Shown here: positions 18,355 to 27,883 of the stretch, piece by piece | Layout: every line of letters begins with the position of its first letter | Numbering within the stretch: the first letter of the stretch is position 1 | NCBI GenBank assembly: GCA_041738655.1 | Contig: JBGSPJ010000472.1 | Location: 1 to 51,166 of the forward strand | Length of the DNA stretch: 51,166 bases | Direction of reading: 5' to 3' | Source: Rhodothermales bacterium | GTDB taxonomy: Bacteria > Bacteroidota > Rhodothermia > Rhodothermales > JAHQVL01 | Position numbers and translations under genes: made by a program | Notes under the pieces: model-generated | Database searches by the model: none | What the model was told of the DNA's origin: nothing | Seen by the model: the letters and a program-made list of their open reading frames with translations, nothing else

Positions 18355-18945
18355 TTAACGAAAGTGGGCCAGTGCGCCACGGATGCTCTTCAGCGCAAAC
18401 GCCATCTGATTCTCCACCGTCTTTATGCTAATGCCCAGCATCTCAGCCGCTTCGCGGTACGACAGCTCCTCCAGGAAGCACAACTCGAATACCGCCCTGC
18501 GGCGCTCGGGAAGACCGGCGATCGCACGGGTTAGCGCGTCGTGCATGGCGTTGTAGTCGTGGCCGGCGCTGACGGAATCGGTAGCCTGCCGGACGTCGAT
18601 CTCGGCGTGGTGGTCGAACTTCGCGTTGTCGCGGAAATGGTTGAGCGCACGGGTGTGACCGATTCGAAAAAGGAAGGCGCGGATTGATTTATTCTCATCA
18701 ATTTGGTCGCGCTTGTCCCATATCATCACAAACGCATTCTGGACGATATCGGACGCCGTTTCCTGGTCGATCCCCCTTCGGCAGAGGTACCCGAAAAGCA
18801 CCCCATGGTAGCGATCGAAGAAATGCTTAAAGGCGCCATGGTCCCCGCGCTTGATGCGGCGGGCCAGTTCGGCGTCTTCCAGCGCCTGGGCGACGTGGAT
18901 GGCCAGGTAGATGAGCAGCGAAGCGACGGTAATCAGGGTCAGCAC
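18355..18945 (-). CDS. ECF RNA polymerase sigma factor (FecI-like)
   Basis: GDHGAFKHFFDRY, ASDIVQNAF, LPERRRAVF..LSYREAAEMLGISIKTVENQM; start (GTG 18945) uncertain. Confidence 0.92.
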   Translation of the reverse strand: MLTLITVASLLIYLAIHVAQALEDAELARRIKRGDHGAFKHFFDRYHGVLFGYLCRRGIDQETASDIVQNAFVMIWDKRDQIDENKSIRAFLFRIGHTRALNHFRDNAKFDHHAEIDVRQATDSVSAGHDYNAMHDALTRAIAGLPERRRAVFELCFLEELSYREAAEMLGISIKTVENQMAFALKSIRGALAHFR

Positions 18946-19209
18946 AGCGGGTCTTCTGGCGTATGGTTGGTTTCCGGTAGGAGGGTGAGGCTGGAGGTGG
19001 CGCCGCGCAGCGCCGGCGCAAGCACTGTGCCGCTTCAAGACGGTAGGAGTCCGATTAGATACGAGCGCCCCCGCATTATCCTGCGAAAAACAGCCGTCCG
19101 ACTATCCCGGAAGACAGACAACCGGAAGGCTGGCTGGCCACGGATGAAACCGGGCAGCCTATCCATAGTTCTAAAACGAGGCTTCCATTCATAACAATAC
19201 ACTCCGCGA

Positions 19210-19560
19210 TTGCGCATCCAGCGGCGACATATTGGCGTTCTGATGCTCCTCGTACTGATCGGGGGGAGCATCCTGTCGCCAACCGTGCACATTCTTCTGC
19301 ACGATGTAGCGAATGCGCATGGAGAATGGGACCCCCATGCGGATGTCGAGTCCGTCTCGATTGGCAACGAGTGCAGCCGGCCGCACGCGCCTGAACGTCC
19401 GTGCATCTTTTGCACACAGATATCCCTCTACGCCGGCATCCTGTACGATCACGCACCTCTCTGGCTCCCTATCGAAACGCTGGACGTGCCACCGGGCATG
19501 GTGCGCACCTCTACTCGTACGCTTGGAGAAGGCATCCGGGGCCCGCCCGTCTTCGTCTGA
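19210..19560 (+). CDS. DUF2946/CruR-like leader protein with CxxC and C-terminal RGPP motif
   Basis: N-terminal hydrophobic segment, His-rich stretch, CIFC (19402-19413), IRGPP three codons before the stop, directly upstream of a TonB receptor. Confidence 0.8.
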   Translation: MRIQRRHIGVLMLLVLIGGSILSPTVHILLHDVANAHGEWDPHADVESVSIGNECSRPHAPERPCIFCTQISLYAGILYDHAPLWLPIETLDVPPGMVRTSTRTLGEGIRGPPVFV

Positions 19561-19619
19561 CCACGCCCGTCGCGCCGCCCGTTAAGGGCCGCCGGCGGTG
19601 AACAATCCTGTCGATGCTG

Positions 19620-19647
19620 GAAATCGCCCTCATTTGCGGGCGGTTTT
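19620..19647 (+). terminator. Terminator/attenuator-like hairpin between the leader ORF and the TonB receptor
   Basis: GAAATCGCCC-N8-GGGCGGTTTT, ~20 nt before ATG 19669. Confidence 0.45.
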
Positions 19648-19668
19648 CGTGGTTATACGAACGCAGCT

Positions 19669-22026
19669 ATGCGCAATCCCTCGTTGTCAAGACGGTGGCT
19701 CTTTCCCGTGGTCCTCCTTTTGTGGAGCACTTTCGGCGGGAGCCTCCTCGCACAGACCCTCCATGGTGTGGTACGTGCGGCTGATGCCAGCCCTCTGCCC
19801 GGTGCCAACATCTACCTCTCGACCCTCCAACGGGGTGCCGTAACAGATCCCGCGGGGTTGTATGAGATCGATAACCTGGCGGTGGGAACGTACGAGGTGG
19901 TATTTAGCTTCATCGGGTATCGCTCGGAGACGCGTACGGTCGCGATCTCTCCGGGACGGAATCGTCTCGAGGTGACGCTCCAGGCAGATGTGGTATGGAC
20001 GGAAGAGGTGCTCGTCGCGGCCGAGCAGGAAAGCCGGCTGACCGTCGACACCCGCTCGGTCGCCATACTCGATGCCGCGGCGCTGGATGAGGTCCGCGGC
20101 CAGACATTGGGCGAAACGCTCGAACATCTCCCCGGAATGACCGCGCTGCAAACAGGCCCATCGATTTCGAAGCCGGTCGTGCGCGGCCTCCATAGCCAGC
20201 GGGTGCTGGTGCTTAACGCCGGCGTATCGCAGGAAGGGCAGCAGTGGGGCGGTGAACACGCGCCGGAGATCGATCCGTTCGCGCCCGTCCGGATCGAGGT
20301 GATCAAAGGGGTGGCCGGCGTCGAATATGGCGTTGGCGCCATCGGCGGCGTGATCCGCCTGGAACCCCTGGAACTGCCCTACATTCCCGGCACGGCCCTC
20401 CGCGGGCAGTTCTCGGGAAACGGATTCTCGAATAACCGTCAGGGCGCTGCCGCGCTGTACCTCGAAGGCGTTGCCAACCGGCTACCGGGCTTCGGTTGGC
20501 GGGCGCAGGGCAGCTTCCGCAAAGCCGGCGACGCCCAGGCCCCCCATTATATCATCCCCAATTCGGCGTTCCAGGAGCAAAACGGCGCCCTCACGCTCGG
20601 TTATCGACGCGGCGCCTGGAATTTCCTGGGTCATCTGAGTCACTTCGGAACGGAGCTGGGCATTTTCAGCGGCGCGCACATCGGCAACCTGGATGATTTG
20701 CTCCGTGCGATCGAACGAGGGCAGCCTTCCACGATCGGTACCTTCGGATTCGATATCGGGCCCCCCAAGCAGTTGATTACGCACGATCTGGCGTCCTTAC
20801 GCAGCCGGTACACGTTGCCTACGGGCGCTCGATTCGAGGTGCAGTACGGGTTCCAGCGCAATCATCGGCAGGAATTCGACGCCCACCGTCCGTACAGTGA
20901 CTCCCTCGCGGCCCTCAATCGGCCGGCCTTCGAACTGAGCCTGCTCTCGCACAGCGTCGAGGCCCGGTTTCACCACCGCCCGGTCGGCCGGTTTTTCGGG
21001 GTGATGGGATTCAGTGGCATGAACCAGCTGAACGTCAACGGGCGCAGCGGCTTTCTCATCCCCAACTTTCGATCGTTCAGCGGCGGGGCGTTCGCCCGCG
21101 AGACCTGGGTAAACGGCGACTGGCAGGTTGAAGCCGGCGCCCGCTACGACTACCGCTGGGTGCGCGCCTGGCCCCGTGAAAACGGTGGCAGCGGCGATTT
21201 CGTGCCGCGTGTGAACGACTATGGAAGCCTATCCGCCGTGCTCGGCGCCATCTGGCAATTCGCGCCAGCGTGGTCGCTCGCCACCAACCTCGGCACCGCC
21301 TGGCGCCCCCCGAGCGTCAACGAACACTACAACTTTGGCGTCCACCACGGCACCGCCCAGTTCGAGATCGGGGATCCCAACCTCGATGCCGAGCGCAGCC
21401 TGGGCATCGACGTGACGCTGCGCCACGACGGAACCAGTACGCGTCTCGAAGTCAGCGCCTACTCGACGCAGTTCCAGCAGTTCATTTACCTCTACCCGGA
21501 TCCCTCGCCGCGCGTCACCATCCGCGGCACGTTCCCCACGTTCCGCTACGCCCAGGCCGATGCGCGGCTGACCGGGTTCGATGCCTCCGTCGAGTATGAC
21601 CTCAACCGGACAATCACCCTCGGCATGGTATCGTCGATCGTGCGCGGCCAGAATCTGGACGACGATGAGCCGCTGTATCAGATGCCGGGCGACCGGTTGC
21701 GCCTCGTCGGTCATATCAACCTGTCCGGCAGCAAGACCGTGCGGGAGCCCCACTTCGAGGTGGAGTCCGCCCTCGTTGCCCGGCAAACCAGGTTTACCGC
21801 CGGCGTGGACTACGCCGAGCCGCCCCCCGGCTATCACCTGCTGAACGCTTCGTTCGCGACCGACCTGCAGGTCAACCAAACTCCCGTCCACGTCCATCTG
21901 TCGGTGCAAAACGCGCTCGACACGGTCTATCGGGACTACCTGAGCCGCTTCCGGTATTTCATCGACGATCCCGGAAGAAGCTTTGTACTGCGACTGAGCG
22001 TGCCAATAGGCGCCCCACGGGTGTGA
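19669..22026 (+). CDS. TonB-dependent receptor (ZnuD-like/metal uptake type)
   Basis: Carboxypeptidase-like N-domain, KPVVRGLHSQR, GQQWGGEHAPEID, GVHHGTAQFEIG, YRDYLSRFRY..PGRSF. Confidence 0.93.
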   Translation: MRNPSLSRRWLFPVVLLLWSTFGGSLLAQTLHGVVRAADASPLPGANIYLSTLQRGAVTDPAGLYEIDNLAVGTYEVVFSFIGYRSETRTVAISPGRNRLEVTLQADVVWTEEVLVAAEQESRLTVDTRSVAILDAAALDEVRGQTLGETLEHLPGMTALQTGPSISKPVVRGLHSQRVLVLNAGVSQEGQQWGGEHAPEIDPFAPVRIEVIKGVAGVEYGVGAIGGVIRLEPLELPYIPGTALRGQFSGNGFSNNRQGAAALYLEGVANRLPGFGWRAQGSFRKAGDAQAPHYIIPNSAFQEQNGALTLGYRRGAWNFLGHLSHFGTELGIFSGAHIGNLDDLLRAIERGQPSTIGTFGFDIGPPKQLITHDLASLRSRYTLPTGARFEVQYGFQRNHRQEFDAHRPYSDSLAALNRPAFELSLLSHSVEARFHHRPVGRFFGVMGFSGMNQLNVNGRSGFLIPNFRSFSGGAFARETWVNGDWQVEAGARYDYRWVRAWPRENGGSGDFVPRVNDYGSLSAVLGAIWQFAPAWSLATNLGTAWRPPSVNEHYNFGVHHGTAQFEIGDPNLDAERSLGIDVTLRHDGTSTRLEVSAYSTQFQQFIYLYPDPSPRVTIRGTFPTFRYAQADARLTGFDASVEYDLNRTITLGMVSSIVRGQNLDDDEPLYQMPGDRLRLVGHINLSGSKTVREPHFEVESALVARQTRFTAGVDYAEPPPGYHLLNASFATDLQVNQTPVHVHLSVQNALDTVYRDYLSRFRYFIDDPGRSFVLRLSVPIGAPRV

Positions 22027-22121
22027 GGCGCCTGATCGACACGCAAGGAAGCCCCGGGTGCTCGGCGGTGCAACGCCGAGGGCCTGATTCTGTACCAAAA
22101 ACAAACCCTACCCAGGAAGCT

Positions 22122-22691
22122 ATGAACCACCTACTCAAGTCTACTTCGTTCGTTTCCCTGTTCCTTTTTATGGCACTGCTCGTCGTGTTGCCGGGGTGTG
22201 ATTCCGGCGAGCCCGACGATGACGCCGGCGAGTCCGAACTCATCACCCGTGTTACACTCACCCTCACGCCGATGGCCGGCGGAGACCCTGTGGTCGCTGT
22301 CGCCGAAGACCCGGATGGCGACGGTGCTAACCTGACCATCGACCCGATTGATCTCGTCCCCGGTACCACCTATCTGGGCGAAATCGAGCTGTTCGATGGG
22401 GTGAACGACGAGGATATCACGGCCGAGGTCGAAGCCGAATCCGATGAGCACCAGTTCTGGTACACCGCGGAGGGCGGCATCGCCGGCCGGGTCACGGTGG
22501 CCATCACGGACACGGATGCCAACGACCTGCCCATCGGGCTGACGTTTACCGTTACGGTCACAGCCGGCGCGGCGACAACCGGGACGCTCAACGTGGTGCT
22601 CAGCCACTACGACGAAAGCCCGAAGACGGGTACGGACCGGAGCGATGAATCGGATATCGACATCGACTTCCCGGTGACCCTCGTCCTGTAA
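22122..22691 (+). CDS. Acidic lipoprotein partner of the TonB receptor
   Basis: Lipobox LPGC; ELITRVTLTL, DITAEVEAESDEHQFWY, VLSH, SDIDIDFPV; AGGA before ATG 22122. Confidence 0.85.
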   Translation: MNHLLKSTSFVSLFLFMALLVVLPGCDSGEPDDDAGESELITRVTLTLTPMAGGDPVVAVAEDPDGDGANLTIDPIDLVPGTTYLGEIELFDGVNDEDITAEVEAESDEHQFWYTAEGGIAGRVTVAITDTDANDLPIGLTFTVTVTAGAATTGTLNVVLSHYDESPKTGTDRSDESDIDIDFPVTLVL

Positions 22692-22774
22692 TCGGCCGTG
22701 TCGTGCGTCGGTCGCGGGTCTTTGGGGGCTACTCTCCGGCGACCCGCGATCTACGCCTACGGCGCTTCCCGGTG

Positions 22775-24352
22775 TTAGAATGGCGCTTCGGCGCCAGGAG
22801 GCAGCGGGATGGAAGGCGCCCGACTTTCGCCGCGATCCCCACCGTACTCGTATGCGCCGGCGCCCTGCTCCTGGATGTACGTGGTGAGGTTCTCGAATCG
22901 GGCGAATTGATTGACAAAGGCGAGCTGCACGTCGCCAATCGGGCCGTTTCGCTGTTTCCCGATGATGATTTCACCGATCCCCTCCGTCGAGTTTCCGTTT
23001 TCGTCCACCGTGATCCCGTACCGTTCGGCGCGGTAGATGAAGGCGACGAGGTCGGCGTCCTGTTCGATGGAGCCGGACTCGCGGAGGTCGGACAGTTGCG
23101 GTCGTTTATCGCCGCCGCGGGTTTCGACCGCGCGGCTGAGCTGGGCCAGGGCGATCACGGGCACATCGATTTCCTTCGCGAGCGATTTCAGGGATCGCGA
23201 GATCTGGGCGATTTCCTGTTCGCGGTTGGAGTTTTTGGCGTTGCCGGTTCCGTGCATGAGCTGCAGATAGTCCACGATCACCAGACCGATGTCGTGTTCG
23301 GCCTTGAGCCGCCGGCTTTTGGCGCGCAACTCCAGCACGCTCAATCCCGGCGTATCGTCGATAAAAATCGGGGCGGCAGAGAGCTTGCCGGCGGCACGTG
23401 CCAGCTTGGGCCATTCTTCATCCCGAAGCCGGCCCGTTCGCGCGGCCTGGGCATCCACGCGCGCTTCGGAGGTGAGGAGCCGCTGCGCCAGCTGCTGCGC
23501 GCCCATTTCAAGCGAGAAGTAGGCCACGCCGGTCGGCTTCTCTGGATGTAATGCTGCGTTTCGTGCCACCGCCAGGCTGAAGGCGGTTTTACCCATCGAA
23601 GGACGCGCGGCAACAATAATCAGGTCGGTTTTCTGCCAACCGCCGGTCATGTCGTCCAGACGGGTGAAGCCGCTTGGTATGCCTGTGATGCCCCCCTCGC
23701 GGCCGTGGACGGCTTCTAGCGCGGCCAGCGTCCCCTTCAGCACATCGTTCATCGACGTAGCCGAGCGGCGCAGCTGGTTGTCCGAAATCTTGAAGATCTC
23801 CCGCTCGCTCGAATCCAGCAACTCAAAGGCGTCGGTGCCGGGATCGTATGCCGTGCCGATGAGGCCGGTCATCGTTTCGATCAACTTGCGCAGCAGCGAC
23901 TTTTCAGCGATGATACGCGCATGATATTCGACATTCGCCGCCGTGTCGACGGCCGTGGATAACTCGGTCAGGTAGTAGGAGCCACCAATATCATCGAGTT
24001 GGCCACGGCGGCGCAATTCCTCGGAGAGGGTGATGTGGTCGACCGGATTACCACGCTCGAACAACGCGAGAATCCCCTGGTAGATGAGCTGATGCTTGGT
24101 CAGGTAAAAGGTGTCTTGCGGCAGAATTTCGATGGCGCGCGGGATCGCGTCGCGCTCGATGAGCATAGCGCCCAGCACCGAACGCTCGACGTCGGTAGCC
24201 TGGGGCGGTGTGCGCCCGGTTTTTTCGTTCGATCGTTTCACTTCGGCCTTTGGCGCCCGTTCGCGCTCGCGCGCCGGCGGCGGGTCGAACGAATAATCGA
24301 CCTCATCGTCCGCGAAATGGAAGGGGGGAATGCTATCGTCGAAGTCGGACAT
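22775..24352 (-). CDS. dnaB: Replicative DNA helicase
   Basis: AARPSMGKTAF, FSLEM, IVDYLQLM, SDLRESGSIEQDAD, KQRNGP. Confidence 0.98.
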   Translation of the reverse strand: MSDFDDSIPPFHFADDEVDYSFDPPPARERERAPKAEVKRSNEKTGRTPPQATDVERSVLGAMLIERDAIPRAIEILPQDTFYLTKHQLIYQGILALFERGNPVDHITLSEELRRRGQLDDIGGSYYLTELSTAVDTAANVEYHARIIAEKSLLRKLIETMTGLIGTAYDPGTDAFELLDSSEREIFKISDNQLRRSATSMNDVLKGTLAALEAVHGREGGITGIPSGFTRLDDMTGGWQKTDLIIVAARPSMGKTAFSLAVARNAALHPEKPTGVAYFSLEMGAQQLAQRLLTSEARVDAQAARTGRLRDEEWPKLARAAGKLSAAPIFIDDTPGLSVLELRAKSRRLKAEHDIGLVIVDYLQLMHGTGNAKNSNREQEIAQISRSLKSLAKEIDVPVIALAQLSRAVETRGGDKRPQLSDLRESGSIEQDADLVAFIYRAERYGITVDENGNSTEGIGEIIIGKQRNGPIGDVQLAFVNQFARFENLTTYIQEQGAGAYEYGGDRGESRAPSIPLPPGAEAPF

Positions 24353-24451
24353 GGATCGGGCAAATGGCGGATTCCAGGGTGATCGTGCCGGGGTCGGGCG
24401 GGGCTCTGCGGGAAGCAGGCGTGGGTGACGGGACGCCCCGTTGCAACGCCG

Positions 24452-25273
24452 TCACCCGGCCGTAAGTTCGTCGTATCGGTCGCGGAGTTTCTGGACATCC
24501 TCCCAGGTCGGGCGCTTCCACTCCGGGTTGCGCAGCAGCGCGGCGGGGTGGTAGGTGACCATCGTCGGAATGCCGTGGAAATCGTTGAAGTCGCCACGGA
24601 GCGCGGCCAACGACGCCTGTTTTTTTAGAAGATTGTTGCCGGCTGTCTTCCCCACGCACAGAATGAGGCGCGGCCGAATCAGCGCAATCTGTTTGTACAG
24701 GATCGGGATGTGGGCGGCCACTTCATCGGCCTGCGGCTCTCGGTTATTGGGGGGCCGGCTTTTGAGGATGTTGGCGATATACACCTGGTCTCGGGAGAAT
24801 CCGATCGCATCCAGTATCTTCGTGAGCAGCTGTCCGGCGCGTCCGACAAACGGCTCTCCCTGCTGATCTTCATCTGCCCCGGGGGCCTCACCGATGACCA
24901 TGAGGTCGGCCTCGGGATTACCAACGCCGAAGACGGGTTTGATCCGGGTCTCGTCCAGCGGAATGAGGATCGTGTTCGCGACATAGTCCCGCACCTCGTC
25001 CAGCGTGCGCAACGCCCGAAGCGGGGAAGCCGTCGGGATGAGCGCTTCGATACGGTCGTATGGGGTGCTGGACTGGGGTGGGGAAGAAACAGGGGGCGAC
25101 ATGATGATCATCTGGTCGGGTGGAGCCTCAGGAAGAGGGCTTGGAGGCGCCGACTCGGGAGCGAAAAGCTCCGCTCTGGCGGGGTCGTCCGTCGGTTCCA
25201 TCGTGACCAGTGGACCTTGCAGGGCTATCTGAAAGGCCAGCGCCTGGCGAAGCAGCGTAATCGAATCGTCCAT
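24452..25273 (-). CDS. Uracil-DNA glycosylase family 4
   Basis: [36 protein letters not shown]; start at MDDSIT assumed. Confidence 0.93.
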   Translation of the reverse strand: MDDSITLLRQALAFQIALQGPLVTMEPTDDPARAELFAPESAPPSPLPEAPPDQMIIMSPPVSSPPQSSTPYDRIEALIPTASPLRALRTLDEVRDYVANTILIPLDETRIKPVFGVGNPEADLMVIGEAPGADEDQQGEPFVGRAGQLLTKILDAIGFSRDQVYIANILKSRPPNNREPQADEVAAHIPILYKQIALIRPRLILCVGKTAGNNLLKKQASLAALRGDFNDFHGIPTMVTYHPAALLRNPEWKRPTWEDVQKLRDRYDELTAG

Positions 25274-25405
25274 CGAGCGGGTAAGATCAGAGCGTAAAAA
25301 CATTAACGGGGGCGTCACGATGCAACAGCGCTGACGCGCGTCCTGGAAGATAGGAAACGTTAGGGTCACACGTCTGGTAGATAGAACCCCACTCGACACA
25401 ATCGT

Positions 25406-26251
25406 ATGATGGACCCCTATATTATCGCTCTTCAGCAGACCCAGACGGCGGTTATGGTTGCCGGTCTGGTGCTGCTTTCGCTGGCCGAGCACGCCCATCC
25501 GCTGTTCGATTTTTTCGGTCACCAAGCCGGGGATCGTGGCAGGCACGCGCTCCGCAACCTTGTCCTGGGAGCACTGAACGGAGTCGTGGTGTCGTTCGGC
25601 TTCGTCTGGCTCTGGTTTATTACCACCACCTGGGCAGACACCCAGCGATTTGGCGTCATGCATGTGCTGCAGGATGCGTTGGGGCTGCCGGCCTGGGTAC
25701 ATGCCGTTGGCGTGATGGTATTGCTGGATGTCTGGATGTACACCTGGCACCGCATCAACCATGTCTTCCCGTTCCTGTGGCGCTTTCATCGGGTGCACCA
25801 CGCGGATCCGTTTATGGATGTGTCCACAGCGAGCCGGTTTCATCTTGGCGAGATCGTGCTGTCGTCGCTGCTCCGCGTTCCCGTGTTGGCACTTGCCGGC
25901 GCCCATTTATGGGAGCTGCTGGTCTACGAGACGCTCATGTTCGCCCTCGTCCAGACCCAGCACGCCAACATGGCCTTCCCGGAGCGCCTGGATCGGGTGC
26001 TGCGCACCGTCATCGCGACGCCGGCCATGCACAAAGTCCACCACTCGCGCTGGCGGCCGGAGACCGACTCCAACTACGGCTCTCTCTTCTCCTTCTGGGA
26101 CCGGATTGGCCGCTCGTTTCGTATTCGGGAGGATCTTACGACGCTGAAGATGGGCCTGGAGGAGATGGACGCCGACCGCTTCCAGACAGTGCGCGGTATG
26201 ATCGAAACCCCCTTTCAGTCGGTGCCGCGGAGTGAAGGTCAACCGCCCTGA
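25406..26251 (+). CDS. Sterol desaturase/fatty acid hydroxylase family protein
   Basis: His boxes WHRINH, FHRVHH, HAN, HKVHH; SNYG..WDR. Confidence 0.92.
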   Translation: MMDPYIIALQQTQTAVMVAGLVLLSLAEHAHPLFDFFGHQAGDRGRHALRNLVLGALNGVVVSFGFVWLWFITTTWADTQRFGVMHVLQDALGLPAWVHAVGVMVLLDVWMYTWHRINHVFPFLWRFHRVHHADPFMDVSTASRFHLGEIVLSSLLRVPVLALAGAHLWELLVYETLMFALVQTQHANMAFPERLDRVLRTVIATPAMHKVHHSRWRPETDSNYGSLFSFWDRIGRSFRIREDLTTLKMGLEEMDADRFQTVRGMIETPFQSVPRSEGQPP

Positions 26252-26265
26252 GCGGCGCCCTTCCG

Positions 26266-27471
26266 TTATGCGATGCGCGCCAGAATGGCGGCCGCCACGT
26301 CGGTCTTGCTCATCAGCGGCAGCGCTTCACGCCGGCCGTCGCGTGCTAGCAGCGTCACCTTGTTTGTCTGCGTCCCAAATCCGGCTCCGGGTTCGGTCAT
26401 TTCGTTCAACACGATCCAGTCCAGGTTCTTCCGCCGGAGCTTGTCCAGGGCGTGGGCCTCGCCGTGATCGGTTTCAAGGGCGAACCCCACAAGGGTCTGG
26501 CCGGCGCGTTTTTGCGCGCCTAGCGTTGCGAGGATGTCCGTCGTTCGTTTGAAGACGATCGTCAGTTCGCCCTCCTGCTTCTTTACTTTCGTCGCTGAGG
26601 TTTCGGTCGGCGTGTAGTCGGCTACTGCGGCCGCCATGATGACCAGATCGGCCTCCGAGCGGCTCAAGACGGCGCGCGCCATGTCCTCGGCGGACTCGGT
26701 CGGAATCCATGTGACGCCAGGTGGAGGGGTGAGGGCGGTGGGACCGCTGACGAGGGTGACTTCGGCGCCGGCGGCCGAGGCGGCGGCCGCGAGGGCATAC
26801 CCCATGGTGCCGGTCGAGTGGTTGCTGATAAACCGGACGGGGTCGATGGCTTCGCGAGTCGGGCCTGCGGAGATGAGAACGCGGCGGCCGGCGAGGGATG
26901 GTAACGATGCGGGGTTCAGCTCACGGATCACCCGCTCCAGGATTCGATCGGGCTCAGGTAGTCGGCCCTGCCCGATTAATCCGCTGGCGAGCGGACCGTG
27001 CTCGGTTGGCATGATTCGGTATCCGTAGGACGCCAGGGTTGCCAGATTGGCCTGCGTGGCCGGGTGCAGGTACATGTCGTGGTCCATCGCCGGGCAGACG
27101 AGGATCGGGCAGCGCGCTGAAAGGGCCGTGGCCGTCAGCATCGAGTCGCATCGACCCGCAGCTAGTTTGGCGATGGTGTCGGCGGTAGCCGGCGCAACGA
27201 TGAACAGGTCCGCCCAGAGGCCGAGTTCGACGTGGCGCGTCCAGCCCGTGGTCGGGGCGTCGGGGAAGATCTCGATGGGGACGTCGCGGCCGGACAGTGT
27301 GCCGAGGGTAAGCGGGGTAATGAAGCGCGTCGCGCCGGGCGTCATGAGAGGCTGGACGTCCGCGCCGGAGGTTTTGAGCAGCCGGAGGAGTTCCGCGGCC
27401 TTGTACGCGGCGATGCTGCCGCAGACGCCGAGGAGAAGTTTTCGACCAGCTAGGGGAAGCGGCAGGCTCAT
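26266..27471 (-). CDS. coaBC: Bifunctional phosphopantothenoylcysteine decarboxylase/ligase
   Basis: GSIAAYK, APATA, AGPTRE.IDPVRFISNHSTG, AAVADY, VGFALET. Confidence 0.97.
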   Translation of the reverse strand: MSLPLPLAGRKLLLGVCGSIAAYKAAELLRLLKTSGADVQPLMTPGATRFITPLTLGTLSGRDVPIEIFPDAPTTGWTRHVELGLWADLFIVAPATADTIAKLAAGRCDSMLTATALSARCPILVCPAMDHDMYLHPATQANLATLASYGYRIMPTEHGPLASGLIGQGRLPEPDRILERVIRELNPASLPSLAGRRVLISAGPTREAIDPVRFISNHSTGTMGYALAAAASAAGAEVTLVSGPTALTPPPGVTWIPTESAEDMARAVLSRSEADLVIMAAAVADYTPTETSATKVKKQEGELTIVFKRTTDILATLGAQKRAGQTLVGFALETDHGEAHALDKLRRKNLDWIVLNEMTEPGAGFGTQTNKVTLLARDGRREALPLMSKTDVAAAILARIA

Positions 27472-27502
27472 GGCCGGCGGCCAGAATGGGAGGTACGGAC
27501 GC

Positions 27503-27805
27503 TCAGAGCGTTTCTTCCTCGTTCGGGTTACGGAAGTAGATTTCGCGGTTCATCATCTCGTTGATGGCCACTTCCGGCGGTTTGGCGCGCTTCTCGTAGT
27601 CGATTGAGGTGCGTACCTGCTCCTCCGTCATACGGGTATCCTCGATTTCGCTGCCGAAGCCTTCGAAATAGGAGAGCTTCTCATCCAGTTCGGCCTTGCC
27701 CTTCGCCGAGATCTGACGGGCGCGTTTGGCGAGGATGGCAACGGTTTCGAAGAGACTACCGGTCTCGCTGGTCAGTGCGCTTACGTCGATGGTGCGGATA
27801 GCCAT
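27503..27805 (-). CDS. rpoZ: RNA polymerase omega subunit (Bacteroidota type)
   Basis: TGSLFETVAILAKRARQI..YEKRAKP..IYFRNP; gmk-rpoZ-coaBC synteny. Confidence 0.88.
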   Translation of the reverse strand: MAIRTIDVSALTSETGSLFETVAILAKRARQISAKGKAELDEKLSYFEGFGSEIEDTRMTEEQVRTSIDYEKRAKPPEVAINEMMNREIYFRNPNEEETL

Positions 27806-27883
27806 GGCTACAGGGGTACCTTGAATGGAACGAAGAATGACGGGATGTTGATCGTGCAAAGACGCCGCCGGCGCTCCCACGGA

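Noticed and set aside
19180-19200. Zur/Fur box upstream of the RGPP leader
   Set aside because: Only an ATAACA half-site, no palindrome
24452-25906. 484-aa UDG fusion protein
   Set aside because: The N-terminal part is the antisense of the desaturase gene; the real start is near 25273
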